Assembly (NCBI GenBank): GCA_963662545.2
Contig: CAXXLL010000002.1
Coordinates: forward strand, 1,408,001-1,472,000
Direction of reading: 5' to 3'
Length of the DNA: 64,000 nt
DNA from: Gammaproteobacteria bacterium
GTDB lineage: Bacteria; Pseudomonadota; Gammaproteobacteria; Ga0077536
Shown here: in pieces, positions 1-9,970 of the stretch
Position numbering within the stretch: position 1 is the stretch's first letter
Layout: every line of letters begins with the position of its first letter
Position numbers and translations under genes: made by a program
Notes under the pieces: model-generated
What the model was told of the DNA's origin: nothing
Seen by the model: only the letters and a program-made list of their open reading frames with translations
Databases searched by the model: none

Positions 1-69
1 CAAAAGCTCATCATGGATTTTAGTCGATAAATTATGGGTTCTAAATATGTTATTTAAAACATATTTAGA

Positions 70-834
70 GTGCGGCATTGGTTCGTTATGGACCCGCTCC
101 TGAGCGCTTTGAACGCAACCCGCGGCGTCGTTTGCATGGTTGGCGCGGGCGGCAAGAAGACCACGATGTATGCCCTTGCTCGCGCGCATCCGGGCCGGGT
201 CGCACTGTCATCGACGTCGCACATGTACGAATACGACGAGGCCGAGGTCGATGCGGTCGTCCACCTCGGCGAGGACCTCTTATCAGAAGTTCCGTGTGGG
301 CGCGTGCTCGCCTTCGCCGGCCCGACGGACACCCCCCGGCGGGTCGGCGGTCTGCAGCCCGCACAAATCGAGGCCATCTGGCGCGGGGGTGAATTCGATC
401 TTTTCATCATCAAAGCCGACGGCGCGCGAGCGCGGTGGATCAAGGCGCCGGCTGCCTATGAACCGGTCGTGCCCGGTTTCACCGATACGGTCATTCCCGT
501 CATCTCGGCGCGCGTGATCGGCCACACGCTGGCCGCCGGAATTGCCCACCGTCCGGATCTCGCGGCTGAGCTCATGGGGATTTCCCTGGCGACACCCATC
601 GAACCCGAGCATCTGGCGCGTTTATTGAGTTCGCCGGAGGGGTCCTTGAAAGGCGTCGGCGGCGCCACCGTCGTGCCTTTGATCAACATGGTCGACGACG
701 CGGCCATTCACCGCGCCGCGCGCACGGCTGCCCTTGCTGCTCTCAAGGCAACCTCGCGTTTCTCCAGGGTCGTACTTGCATCGATGAAGACACGAAGAAT
801 CGTGGAAATCGTCGAGCGCGGCACCAGCGCGTGA
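70..834 (+). CDS. yqeC: YqeC-family selenium-dependent molybdenum hydroxylase accessory protein
   Basis: N-terminal P-loop-like VGAGGKKTT, plus KADGAR..IKAP..EPVVP and C-terminal LINMVD motifs typical of YqeC. The start may be the ATG at 88. Confidence 0.8.
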   Translation: MRHWFVMDPLLSALNATRGVVCMVGAGGKKTTMYALARAHPGRVALSSTSHMYEYDEAEVDAVVHLGEDLLSEVPCGRVLAFAGPTDTPRRVGGLQPAQIEAIWRGGEFDLFIIKADGARARWIKAPAAYEPVVPGFTDTVIPVISARVIGHTLAAGIAHRPDLAAELMGISLATPIEPEHLARLLSSPEGSLKGVGGATVVPLINMVDDAAIHRAARTAALAALKATSRFSRVVLASMKTRRIVEIVERGTSA

Positions 835-1886
835 AGCCGATGGAGGTGTCGTTCGATCTTTCCTGGCGCATTACGGCCGGCGGCGCTGACTATCCGGTCG
901 CGGACTTGTTGTTCAAGCTGCTCGACGGTATTCGCCGTGGTGGCCACCTGCAATATGCGGCGCGCGAAGCAAGGGTTTCTTACCGTCATGCATGGGGATT
1001 TATCCGCACCTGGGAGGGACGTTTGGGGCGACGCCTGGTGACGCTCCAGCGGGGACGCGGGGCGAGTCTCACCCGGGCGGGGCAGACCCTACTCGAGGCG
1101 TACGAGGGTGCCACCGAGCAGACCGACCGCAAGCTTAAGCGTGCCGCCGCCTGGACCACGGCGCGTTTGGCCCGCTCGTTCGCGGACCCGACGGCGCCGT
1201 GCACCATCGTATCCAGCCATAGCGAGGCCGTTCACCGCTTGCGTGAGGCCTTAGTCGAACGGCAAATCGAAGTGGCTCTGGATATCGTCGGGAGCGAAGG
1301 CGCGCTGCGTCGTTATCAACGCGGCGATGCGGATGCCGCCGGATTTCATTTGCCACTCGGTGCGCTCGGCGGCGTCCTGGGAAAGCTGATGTTGGGGATG
1401 CTCGATCCGGCGCGGGACCAAATCTATTTTCTCGAAAAGCGGACGCTCGGCCTGATGTCGCGTCCTGATAAGGTGTGCCGCGATCTCGGCGCACTCGTCG
1501 CAGGGCGGCAGATTTTCGTAAACCGGCAATCGGGATCCGGTACCCGTTTGGTTTTCGACGGTTTAATTGGAATGGCCGGAATTGCACCCGGCGACGTAGT
1601 CGGATATGGCAACGAGGAACACACGCATACGGCCGTCGCCGCCCTCGTGGCATGTGCCGGCGCTGATGCCGGCTTTGGCACCGAGGCTGCCGCGGCATCG
1701 ATGCGCCTGCATTTTGAACCGGTGGTGGAAGAGCACGTTTATCTGGCGATCAGACGTGATATTTCCAGTGCCGCCGCGCGCTTGATCGACGGGTTTTGCG
1801 AGGCCGTAGACATCTCAACTACGGCGCTTGACTCGCCGCGTCTCTCATTGGCCGCATTGCGCAGCTTGCACAGCGTTGCCAATTGA
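831..1886 (+). CDS. ModE-like HTH regulator fused to a PBP-like (molybdate/tungstate-type) substrate-binding domain
   Basis: N-terminal AAREARVSYRHAWG...RGRGASLT (ModE HTH); C-terminal GSEGAL, FVNRQSGSGTR, HTAVAALV..GADAG. 4-bp overlap with yqeC. Confidence 0.8.
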   Translation: MKPMEVSFDLSWRITAGGADYPVADLLFKLLDGIRRGGHLQYAAREARVSYRHAWGFIRTWEGRLGRRLVTLQRGRGASLTRAGQTLLEAYEGATEQTDRKLKRAAAWTTARLARSFADPTAPCTIVSSHSEAVHRLREALVERQIEVALDIVGSEGALRRYQRGDADAAGFHLPLGALGGVLGKLMLGMLDPARDQIYFLEKRTLGLMSRPDKVCRDLGALVAGRQIFVNRQSGSGTRLVFDGLIGMAGIAPGDVVGYGNEEHTHTAVAALVACAGADAGFGTEAAAASMRLHFEPVVEEHVYLAIRRDISSAAARLIDGFCEAVDISTTALDSPRLSLAALRSLHSVAN

Positions 1887-1887
1887 A

Positions 1888-3081
1888 TCAGCCATTTAGC
1901 GTACGACCCATCGACTCGATGAAGTACTCCAGATTGCCGGGATTGATCCCCGCGACGTTAATGCGGCTCGAATCGACCATGTAGATGCCGAATTCTTCGC
2001 GCAAACGTGCGATTTGTTCCGGCGAGATGCCGAGGAAGGAAAACATGCCGCGCTGATCACGGATAAATCCGAAATCACGGCCGGTGGTTTCACTCAGTCG
2101 GCCCGCCAGCAGTGCCCGCAGACCGTTGATGCGCTCGCGCATTTGGGTCAGTTCCTCGATCCACGACGCGTTCATGGCTTCGTCGTTCAATATCGTCTCG
2201 ACGATGGCGGCGCCGTGCGACGGCGGCATCGAATAAATGCCGCGTACGACGGATTCGAGTTGACTCTGAACGGTTGCTGCCCCTTCGATGTCGCGGGCCA
2301 CGATTTGAAGCGCACCCACACGCTCGCGATAAAGCCCGAAATTCTTGGAACAAGAACTCGCAACGATCAGCTCTGCACACGCGTCCGCGAGTACCCGAAC
2401 ACCGTGAGCGTCTTCCACCAGTCCATCACCGAGGCCTTGATAGGCCAGGTCAAGGAATGGTGTGAGGCCGCGATCGTTGACGATGTCGGCGACCCTTGCC
2501 CAGTGCTCGGCCTTCAGATCGACGCCCGAGGGGTTGTGGCAGCAGCCGTGCATCAGGACGACGTCGCCGGGCTTGGCCTCGCCCAATCCAGCCATCATGG
2601 CTTCTGCGTTGAGACCGTGAGTTGTGCTGTCGTAGTAGGGGTAGGGCTTGATGTTCAAGCCGGCGCTGCCCAGCAAGGGAATGTGATTGGCCCAGGTCGG
2701 GTCGCTGACCCAGACGGTCGTGTCGGGCCGCGCGCGCTTGAGCAACTCCGCCGCGACGCGCAGCGCACCGCAGCCGCCGGGCGTCTGCACGCCGGCTAGA
2801 CGTTGCTCCGACAGCACCGCATGGTTGCGGCCGAACATAAGCTGTCGTATTGCCTGGTTGAAACCCGGTGTTCCCGGTGGCCCGATATAACTCTTGGTCT
2901 GTTCCGTCTCGATGTGGTGTTGTTGTGCCTCGCGAACCGCTCGCAGGATCGGCGTCTCACCGGACGCGTCGCGATAAACGCCGACACCGAGATCGATCTT
3001 TTGCGGATGCGGATCCGCGCGGTACGCGCCCATCAGCCCGAGAATGGGATCCGGCGGCAACGTATCCAGTAATTCGAACAT
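1888..3081 (-). CDS. aspC: Aspartate/aromatic amino acid aminotransferase (class I, AspC/TyrB family)
   Basis: PPDPILGL, KIDLGVGVY, QTPGGCGALR, HGCCHNPSG, DLAYQG, SCSKNFGLYRERVG (PLP lysine); 397 aa. Confidence 0.93.
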   Translation of the reverse strand: MFELLDTLPPDPILGLMGAYRADPHPQKIDLGVGVYRDASGETPILRAVREAQQHHIETEQTKSYIGPPGTPGFNQAIRQLMFGRNHAVLSEQRLAGVQTPGGCGALRVAAELLKRARPDTTVWVSDPTWANHIPLLGSAGLNIKPYPYYDSTTHGLNAEAMMAGLGEAKPGDVVLMHGCCHNPSGVDLKAEHWARVADIVNDRGLTPFLDLAYQGLGDGLVEDAHGVRVLADACAELIVASSCSKNFGLYRERVGALQIVARDIEGAATVQSQLESVVRGIYSMPPSHGAAIVETILNDEAMNASWIEELTQMRERINGLRALLAGRLSETTGRDFGFIRDQRGMFSFLGISPEQIARLREEFGIYMVDSSRINVAGINPGNLEYFIESMGRTLNG

Positions 3082-3127
3082 CGAACGCTCCTGGGGAGGA
3101 TCCCCAGGGCGGTAGTGTAAGGGGAGC

Positions 3128-3580
3128 TCAGCGCTCGAAACAGCGCTGACGGGCCGACGCGACCCTCAGTGCATCGATCTCCACCTGGCGTTGCGGGTCG
3201 GCATTGGCCTCGGTGTATGTGGCCAAAGCGTTGTAAGCGAAGTAGTAGAACGCAGGTGTCCAGATAGCGCCCAGAAAGACACTGGTGCCGTTGCGTGGAT
3301 CGTCCCAGAAAGTCGGCCGGTAATCGAGACGCTCCTGGATCAACCCGACCCGTCGCGCGTACAACTCGCGGCAGTCGAGATCCATGGGGCTCATCGCAGA
3401 GGGCCGCTTCGGCCCAACCAACAAATCGTGCGCATCACGAACGCGATCACGTGCGAACCGTTCGGCTTGTTCGCGGTAAATCGACATCGATGAAGGCGCC
3501 GCGGTTTCCACCGCCGCAACCGTGGCTACAAAGCTTAGCAGGAGTGTAATTAGGGATAAGCGTCGCATCGCCGGTCTCAT
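3128..3580 (-). CDS. Hypothetical exported protein
   Basis: Signal-peptide-like N-terminus, two Cys (LDCREL, QRCFER), central hydrophobic segment. Confidence 0.6.
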   Translation of the reverse strand: MRPAMRRLSLITLLLSFVATVAAVETAAPSSMSIYREQAERFARDRVRDAHDLLVGPKRPSAMSPMDLDCRELYARRVGLIQERLDYRPTFWDDPRNGTSVFLGAIWTPAFYYFAYNALATYTEANADPQRQVEIDALRVASARQRCFER

Positions 3581-3696
3581 TCGATGAGCTGCAAATGATG
3601 TCGGCCAAGATCACGGTTTCTTTAACGCGTGGGTGGCTAGTACCCCTTCAGGCCACGGTGGCTGCGCGATACCGCAGCCACCGTGATTTCTCTATG

Positions 3697-4188
3697 TTAC
3701 GGAGCCGCTTCGATGTAGAGGAACGACAGGCCGCCGGAAGCGCCGAAGCCCTTGCTCGTCTCGAGTACCAGCGGCTGCAGCCCGATATTTTTGGCGCCGC
3801 CGCCGATCAGCGCTTTGGCGCCGAGACCGAGGCCGACCGCTGCCGATAGCTCGCCGCCGACGTAACGGCCGGCGAGGGCCTTGGCACCGGGACTCACATC
3901 GGCGGATGCAGCGAACACGGTAAAGGCCATTTTTTCATCTGTCCTGAAGGACAGATCGAGGCCCAGCGCGATGCCGGTTTCACCGACGTAATTTTCCGAA
4001 GTGCCGCCCTTGGCGTATACGCAGTTGACGTCCGCAGTGGAACGGATCAGCAGATTGACGCGCGAACCGGGAACGACCGAGCAGGTCAAGACACCGATTT
4101 CGATGCCACCCTGTGCCTGCGCAGAGCCAAAGGGGACCCATGCGAATACCGTGGCCATGATGAGTGCCAGAACGTTTCCTAACTTCAT
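3697..4188 (-). CDS. DUF992-family exported protein
   Basis: Signal peptide (AQA); GVLTC...C, LAGRYVG, GLGLGAKALIGG, LQPL pattern of DUF992; RBS GAGGAAG upstream. Confidence 0.8.
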   Translation of the reverse strand: MKLGNVLALIMATVFAWVPFGSAQAQGGIEIGVLTCSVVPGSRVNLLIRSTADVNCVYAKGGTSENYVGETGIALGLDLSFRTDEKMAFTVFAASADVSPGAKALAGRYVGGELSAAVGLGLGAKALIGGGAKNIGLQPLVLETSKGFGASGGLSFLYIEAAP

Positions 4189-4425
4189 CGTTTCTTCCTC
4201 TTAGATTTTTGGGAGCAAGTTTTAAAACGGGGGTTTCCAAACTCGCTGGACGCGTCAATCGCGTCGGACGGATGGATTCTCGCAACCGCTTTACCCTTTG
4301 TCCAGACGCGTCGGTCAAAGTGCCGTGTGATCGGTCGCGTGGCGTTAATCTGTTCATATTCGGTTCGTGTTTGGTTAAGGAATTTTTTTTCGCCGCGACG
4401 TGACGCGGTGTGATTCCCGTTAGAG

Positions 4426-4453
4426 AGGAATCGCCCGCTTGCGGGCGATTCCT
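4426..4453. repeat. REP-like palindrome upstream of dnaE2
   Basis: AGGAATCGCCCGC-TT-GCGGGCGATTCCT, a perfect 13-bp stem; related inverted copy at 7637-7661. Confidence 0.7.
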
Positions 4454-4476
4454 TATATCAGCGGCCTCGACTCCGG

Positions 4477-4513
4477 TTGACGTGTCTTCCATATACTGTA
4501 TAAATATACAGTA
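4477..4513 (+). promoter_or_regulatory. sigma70 promoter overlapped by a LexA (SOS) box
   Basis: TTGACG at 4477-4482; TACTGTATAAATATACAGTA at 4494-4513 matches CTG-N10-CAG and covers the -10 region; 20 bp upstream of dnaE2. Confidence 0.9.
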
Positions 4514-4533
4514 GTCAGACCAAGAACACGCCC

Positions 4534-7500
4534 ATGAGCCTCCCTCCCTACGCGGAATTGCACTGTCTCAGCAACTTCACTTTCCTGCGGGGCGCTTCCC
4601 ATCCCCAGGAACTCGTAGCTCAGGCGCACGCCCTTGGCTACAGCGCATTGGCCTTGACGGATGAATGTACTTTTGCCGGCGCGGTGCGCGCCCACGTCGC
4701 CGCCCGGGAACTCGGGTGCAAGCTCATCGTGGGCACGGAACTCAAGCTGGCCGACGGCCTGTCGCTGCTCCTCCTGGCCGACGATATCAAGGCTTACCGG
4801 CAGATCTCGGCGCTCATCACCTGCGGCCGCCGCCGCATGGAAAAAGGCGCTTATCACCTCGAGCGCAGCGATGTCGAGGCGTTGATGACGACGGGGCTGG
4901 CCGTCTGGCTGCCGCGCATGGATGAAGCGGCGGCAGCCAGTGCAAACTGGTTTGCCGATGTTTTTCCAGGGCGGGGATGGATCGGCGTCGGATTGTTCTA
5001 CAGCGGGGCGGACGGCGCGCTGCTCGAACATGCGCGGGATCTTTCCCGGTCTCGCGGGCTGCCGCTGGTCGCCGTCGGCGACGTTCATGCACATTGCCGC
5101 GAACGGCGTCCTCTGCTCGATACCGTGACGGCGATACGTCTGGGTATGACGCTCGGCGAAGCGGGTCGCAGCCTCTTTGCCAGTAGTGAGCGCTATCTGC
5201 GCCCGCGCGCGCGCCTCGCGCACATCTATCCCGCAGACCTTCTACGCGAGACCCTGGTGCTGGCCGAGCGCTGCAACTTCTGTTTGAGCGAACTGCATTA
5301 CGACTACCCGCGCGAACTCGTCCCGGCAGGGAAGACGCCATCGTCCCATCTGCGCAGTCTGACCGAAGCCGGCATGCGTCGCCGCTGGCCCCAGGGTGCG
5401 CCGGAAAAAGTTCGCCGACTCATCGATCACGAACTCGCGCTCATCACCGAACTCAACTACGAGGCTTTCTTCCTCACGGTTTACGACATCGTCGAATTCG
5501 CACGGGCGCGCGGCATCCTGTGCCAGGGTCGCGGATCGGCGGCCAATTCCGCCGTGTGCTACAGCCTCGGCATCACCGAAGTCGATCCGGCGCGCATGGA
5601 GATGCTGTTCGAGCGCTTCATTTCCAGGGAGCGCAACGAACCGCCCGATATCGATGTCGATTTCGAGCATGAGCGGCGCGAGGAGGTCATCCAGTACGTC
5701 TATGGCAAGTACGGTCGCGAACGCGCGGCCCTCGCGGCCACGGTGGTCACTTACAAGCTGCGCAGCGCTGTCCGTGATGTCGGCAAGGTGCTCGGCCTGA
5801 GCCTCGATCAAGTCGACCGTCTGGCCAAGAACATGTACTGGTGGGATCGCGGGGCGGCCATCCCGGAGCGCTTGAGAGAGGTCGGTTTCGATCCGGACAA
5901 CCCGGTGATCGAGCGCCTGGTCATGCTGGTCACCGAACTCATCGGGTTTCCCCGGCACTTGTCGCAGCACGTCGGCGGCTTCGTCATTTCCGATCATCCG
6001 CTGTCGCGATTGGTGCCCGTCGAAAACGCCGCCATGCCGGAGCGCACGGTCATTCAATGGGACAAGGACGATCTCGAAACCCTGGGCCTGCTCAAGGTCG
6101 ATTGTCTGTGCCTGGGCATGCTCACGGCGATTCGTAAGAGCTTCGATTTGATTCGGGACTTCGACGGACGCGTCCTGACGCTCGAGACGATTCCGGCGGA
6201 AGATCCGGCGACCTACGCCATGATCCAGAAAGGCGATACGGTGGGCGTCTTTCAGATCGAGTCGCGCGCGCAGATGGCGATGCTGCCGCGCCTGAAGCCC
6301 GCCTGTTATTACGACCTGGTGATCGAGGTGGCGATCATCCGTCCGGGGCCGATCCAAGGCGAGATGGTGCATCCCTACCTGCGCCGGCGTAGAGGTGAGG
6401 AAGAAGTCACCTATCCCAGCGAGGAAGTCCGCGGCGTGCTCGAACGCACGCTCGGCGTGCCCTTGTTTCAGGAGCAGGTGATCAAGCTCGCCATGGTCGC
6501 GGCCGGGTTTTCACCCGGCAAGGCCGATCAACTGCGGCGCTCCATGGCGACCTGGAAGCGCAACGGTGGTATTGAACGCTTCCGCAAGGATCTGATCCAC
6601 GGCATGCGTTCGCACGGCTGCGACGAAGAATTCGCCGAGCGCATCTTCAACCAGATCCAGGGTTTCGGCGAATACGGATTCCCCGAGTCCCACTCCGCGA
6701 GTTTCGCGCTGCTGGCCTATGTTTCAGCCTGGCTCAAGCGGCATGAGCCGGCAGCTTTTACCGCGGCGCTCTTGAACAGCCAGCCCATGGGGTTTTATGC
6801 GCCCTCGCAACTCGTGCAGGACGCGGCAGGACACGGCGTCGAAATCAGGCCCGCTGACGTCCAGTTGAGCGCCTGGGATTGCACGCTCGAGACGGACTGT
6901 GGTGAGAAATACGGGCTAGCCCGCGGCATGCCCGCGGTTCGGCTCGGGCTGCGCATGGTCAAGGGTCTGCCGGCGGACGCCGGTGCTCGACTCGTCGACG
7001 CCAGGGAGGCAGCGGGGTTTATCGACGTCCCCGATCTCGCGCGCCGCGCCGCGCTCGACCGCGGCGCGATCAAAGCGCTGTCGCGCGCAGGTGCACTCAA
7101 GACCCTGGCCGGCAACCGTCATCAGGCGGGATGGGCGGCGCTAGCAATCGAGCAGCCGGTGGACCTCATTGCGGAGGCGCGCATTATCGAAGCGACGCCC
7201 TTGTTACGCCGGCCAAGTGAAGGCGAAGACATCATCGCCGATTACTCAAGCCTCGGGCTGACTCTTGGCCGGCATCCCCTGGCGCTCTTGCGCAGGCAGC
7301 TCGATCGACGGCACTTCATCACCGCGGAGATGCTCGGCCGGGCACGGCATGGCGAGTCCATCCGCACGGTGGGACTGGTCATCATGCGTCAGCGTCCCGG
7401 CACGGCAACGGGGGTCGTCTTCGTCACCCTCGAAGACGAAACCGGCATCATCAATCTCATCGTGTGGTCGAGCCTGGTCGAAACACAGCGTCGCGAGCTA

Positions 7501-7635
7501 CTCAATGCGAGACTGCTCGGCGTCACCGGTGAGGTCCAGCGCGAGGGGGAGGTCATTCACGTCATCGCGAAACGTCTCGAAGATCACACGGCCTTGCTCG
7601 GGCGACTGGCGACGCAGTCGCGCGATTTCCATTAG
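4534..7635 (+). CDS. dnaE2: Error-prone DNA polymerase III alpha homologue DnaE2 (ImuC)
   Basis: YAELHCLSNFTFLRGASHP, CQGRGSAANS, PPDIDVDFEH, FPRHLSQHVGG, GFPESHSASFA, C-terminal SRDFH signature; 1033 aa. Confidence 0.97.
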   Translation: MSLPPYAELHCLSNFTFLRGASHPQELVAQAHALGYSALALTDECTFAGAVRAHVAARELGCKLIVGTELKLADGLSLLLLADDIKAYRQISALITCGRRRMEKGAYHLERSDVEALMTTGLAVWLPRMDEAAAASANWFADVFPGRGWIGVGLFYSGADGALLEHARDLSRSRGLPLVAVGDVHAHCRERRPLLDTVTAIRLGMTLGEAGRSLFASSERYLRPRARLAHIYPADLLRETLVLAERCNFCLSELHYDYPRELVPAGKTPSSHLRSLTEAGMRRRWPQGAPEKVRRLIDHELALITELNYEAFFLTVYDIVEFARARGILCQGRGSAANSAVCYSLGITEVDPARMEMLFERFISRERNEPPDIDVDFEHERREEVIQYVYGKYGRERAALAATVVTYKLRSAVRDVGKVLGLSLDQVDRLAKNMYWWDRGAAIPERLREVGFDPDNPVIERLVMLVTELIGFPRHLSQHVGGFVISDHPLSRLVPVENAAMPERTVIQWDKDDLETLGLLKVDCLCLGMLTAIRKSFDLIRDFDGRVLTLETIPAEDPATYAMIQKGDTVGVFQIESRAQMAMLPRLKPACYYDLVIEVAIIRPGPIQGEMVHPYLRRRRGEEEVTYPSEEVRGVLERTLGVPLFQEQVIKLAMVAAGFSPGKADQLRRSMATWKRNGGIERFRKDLIHGMRSHGCDEEFAERIFNQIQGFGEYGFPESHSASFALLAYVSAWLKRHEPAAFTAALLNSQPMGFYAPSQLVQDAAGHGVEIRPADVQLSAWDCTLETDCGEKYGLARGMPAVRLGLRMVKGLPADAGARLVDAREAAGFIDVPDLARRAALDRGAIKALSRAGALKTLAGNRHQAGWAALAIEQPVDLIAEARIIEATPLLRRPSEGEDIIADYSSLGLTLGRHPLALLRRQLDRRHFITAEMLGRARHGESIRTVGLVIMRQRPGTATGVVFVTLEDETGIINLIVWSSLVETQRRELLNARLLGVTGEVQREGEVIHVIAKRLEDHTALLGRLATQSRDFH

Positions 7636-7636
7636 C

Positions 7637-7661
7637 AAGGAATCGCCGCAAGCGGGCGAAT
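7637..7661. repeat. REP-like palindrome downstream of dnaE2
   Basis: AAGGAATCGCC-GCAAGCGGGCGAAT is a near reverse complement of the 4426-4453 element. Confidence 0.6.
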
Positions 7662-7720
7662 AGAGCTGACGTGCGCCGGTGATCCTGACGCCGGCATCGG
7701 GGCATGAACCGGGAAATCCC

Positions 7721-7887
7721 TAACAGGATGTTGAAAAACGATGTCCTATCGTTTTTCAACTCGCTTCGGCGAAAACGCGGTTTCCGCCAAGCTCCATCCA
7801 TCAATCACTTAGGTGATTGATGGATGCCGGTACATCCCTGTACCGGAAACAGGCGGTCGAAAAACGGAGTTTTTCAACAGCCTGCTA
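7721..7887. mobile_element. MITE-like structured repeat, family A, copy 1 (167 bp)
   Basis: TIRs TAACAGGATGTTGAAAAAC / GTTTTTCAACAGCCTGCTA, TA at both ends, four internal hairpins; homologue at 22503-22669. Confidence 0.85.
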
Positions 7888-8316
7888 ACTGGTGTGGTCG
7901 GTTTCGGATTGGTGCAGACGCCGTTCGAGCCGTTCCGCCTTTTCGGCGCTACCGCCCAGAAATTTGGGCGCCGCACGATAGAATTTGATCAGGTCTTCAA
8001 CGACACGGACGTCGTCGGGGGCGAGTTCCACCGCCTGTTCGAATGCATTGCGCGTTTTCCTGGCGAGGCCTAGCACGCTCAGCCAATTGGCTTGTTCGGT
8101 CATGCGGCCATAGCTTTTACCCAGCAAATGAACGCAACGCACACATTCCGGTTGAATTTTCACAACTTCTTCGAGGATCTGTGCAGCTCGCTCGTAATCC
8201 TCCGCCTCATAGGCTCGCATGCCGATCGCGAAAGCCTGCCCTGCGTCATCCGCTGTGAGATCCGCTTGGACGTTGAATGTTACGAACAACCCGAGCAGTA
8301 AACTGAAATGACGCAT
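7885..8316 (-). CDS. Small exported TPR-repeat protein
   Basis: Signal peptide (VQA); TPR-like helices (YERAAQILEEVVKIQP, AFEQAVELAPDD). Its TAG stop coincides with the MITE end. Confidence 0.75.
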   Translation of the reverse strand: MRHFSLLLGLFVTFNVQADLTADDAGQAFAIGMRAYEAEDYERAAQILEEVVKIQPECVRCVHLLGKSYGRMTEQANWLSVLGLARKTRNAFEQAVELAPDDVRVVEDLIKFYRAAPKFLGGSAEKAERLERRLHQSETDHTS

Positions 8317-8405
8317 CGCTGATGAACGATCAGGTGGTAAAACCGCCGCGAATATAAAGTATCGGTCGATCGATTGCCAGCGGTGACGCCGATCTCGTGG
8401 ACCTC

Positions 8406-8445
8406 TAAGGAACCTCTGAATAAGTCATGGCACATCTGCCTTGCC
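8406..8445. mobile_element. Truncated family B MITE (left 40 bp only)
   Basis: TAAGGAACCTCTGAATAAGTCATGGCACATCTGCCTTGCC matches the terminus of the copies at 9971 and 18626. Confidence 0.8.
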
Positions 8446-9954
8446 GGATGGCACCTGTCCGCCCGCGTTAGCCCAATCGATTCGGTAGACATTGAAATAA
8501 CCGGTTTCTGCGAGAACGTCGATGCCGCGCGGCGTTTCAAAGCCGATCGATTGCAGCAGGTCGATCACCTGCTCGCGCGTGCGACTAACGACGAACCGCG
8601 GCCGTACCTTGCCCCCGACGCTCGATACCCAATTTCGATGCTCGAATAACTGAAGGGCGGCACCGGGACGGTTCCAATAAGCGAAACCGAGCGCCCAGGC
8701 CGCTTCCGTATCCAACATAAGGGGTAGGTTGGAACCGCCGAATAACTCGTCCAGTTGGGCCAGCGCCCGGCCCGGGAAGTATTCCTGATGATAGAACTGC
8801 TGGCACAGATCTGCGGAACCATTTCGCGCGTCGCCGCTGCAAGGTGGCGTGAAGTGCCCCAGGGCAAAAACACCGATCGCACCGCCAGCTGCAAATTTCA
8901 GGCGCTCAAATGCCCATCGATTAAACAGCAGGTCGAGACCGCTCGAAATCAATCCGCCCACGGTCAGGCACCACAAAGGAAGCAGCGGAACAAAGGTTCT
9001 CGGAAACAGCGCGACCGGCGACAGCGCAAGCGTGGCGGCGATGACCGTGAACAAGGCGAGGAAGAGCAGCGTCCCGGCGTCTGCTTGAAAATGAGTCGGG
9101 CGTCGGAAGAGACGCCACAGCGAAGCCAGAAGACCCGCTGCCATCAACGGCGTCAACCATACGAATTCCCCGAGCGTGCTCTTGAACCAGTGGATGAAAA
9201 TGCGGCCATTGGCCCAGGCACTCCAACCCGCGGCGGCGTGCATACGAACGTCGTCCAGGACAGCCAAATAAATGCCGAGGCCGGCGACGCTGAGCACGAG
9301 GGCTACCGCGAATCGCGCCCGCCAGCCTGCCGGGACGGAATTGCGCCCGATGATGCGATTGAAAACCGCCCAGCTCAGGCAAACGCCGCCGGCGAGGATG
9401 TTCGTCGGCATAATCGCGGTACATCCGATGGCGCCGACGCCGTAGCCAAGCCCTGCCAGGCGGTTTGAACCGTTCAAGAAAGGCAGCACCGTTGCGGCCA
9501 TGAGCAGGATCCAGGGCCACGAAAACGCGTAGCCGCGAAGTTCGAGCGCAAAGGCCTCGGTGACCGAACTTCCACAGAATACCGCGAGCCCGATCAAGCC
9601 CGCGCGGGGCCCGAGTATCCGAATCCCGGTGATCGTGATCGCGATGAGTGTCGTGAACCAGGTCCAAAGGGGCAGCATTCTGATCTGCGCCGGCGTATCC
9701 CCGCGTTCCCAGGTCCAAGACAGCACGCCGCTGAACAGCATGTGATTGTTGGGTTGAGGATAGACGGTGAAGGGGTAGGTGAATTCCTGATTGGCGTAGA
9801 GCAAGAGCGTCGCCGCTTCATCCTGCCACACGCCGTCGCTCAGGCCGGGCAGAATGCGGAGCGTGCCGAGTGCCCACAAGAGGATGGCCGTGACCACGAG
9901 TACTCGGTTGTCGCGCGCCCAAACTTTGCCGAGAGACCACAGATTGATGTTCAC
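8425..9954 (-). CDS. Polytopic membrane protein, GT-C fold glycosyltransferase-like (ArnT/PMT family)
   Basis: W-Q-DE motif after the first TM helix, PNNH, ELRGYA, about 10 or more hydrophobic helices, soluble C-terminal domain. Confidence 0.65.
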   Translation of the reverse strand: MNINLWSLGKVWARDNRVLVVTAILLWALGTLRILPGLSDGVWQDEAATLLLYANQEFTYPFTVYPQPNNHMLFSGVLSWTWERGDTPAQIRMLPLWTWFTTLIAITITGIRILGPRAGLIGLAVFCGSSVTEAFALELRGYAFSWPWILLMAATVLPFLNGSNRLAGLGYGVGAIGCTAIMPTNILAGGVCLSWAVFNRIIGRNSVPAGWRARFAVALVLSVAGLGIYLAVLDDVRMHAAAGWSAWANGRIFIHWFKSTLGEFVWLTPLMAAGLLASLWRLFRRPTHFQADAGTLLFLALFTVIAATLALSPVALFPRTFVPLLPLWCLTVGGLISSGLDLLFNRWAFERLKFAAGGAIGVFALGHFTPPCSGDARNGSADLCQQFYHQEYFPGRALAQLDELFGGSNLPLMLDTEAAWALGFAYWNRPGAALQLFEHRNWVSSVGGKVRPRFVVSRTREQVIDLLQSIGFETPRGIDVLAETGYFNVYRIDWANAGGQVPSGKADVP

Positions 9955-9970
9955 GGTGCGACCGTCTGCT

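Noticed and set aside
3980-4492. 170-aa ORF across the DUF992-dnaE2 intergenic region
   Set aside because: Overlaps the DUF992 gene out of frame and the SOS promoter, with no protein-like features.
5242-6372. Long antisense ORFs (also 14656-15510, 26410-27504, 33601-34617, 56788-57744)
   Set aside because: They lie opposite well-conserved genes, are expected from high-GC codon bias, and show no motifs.
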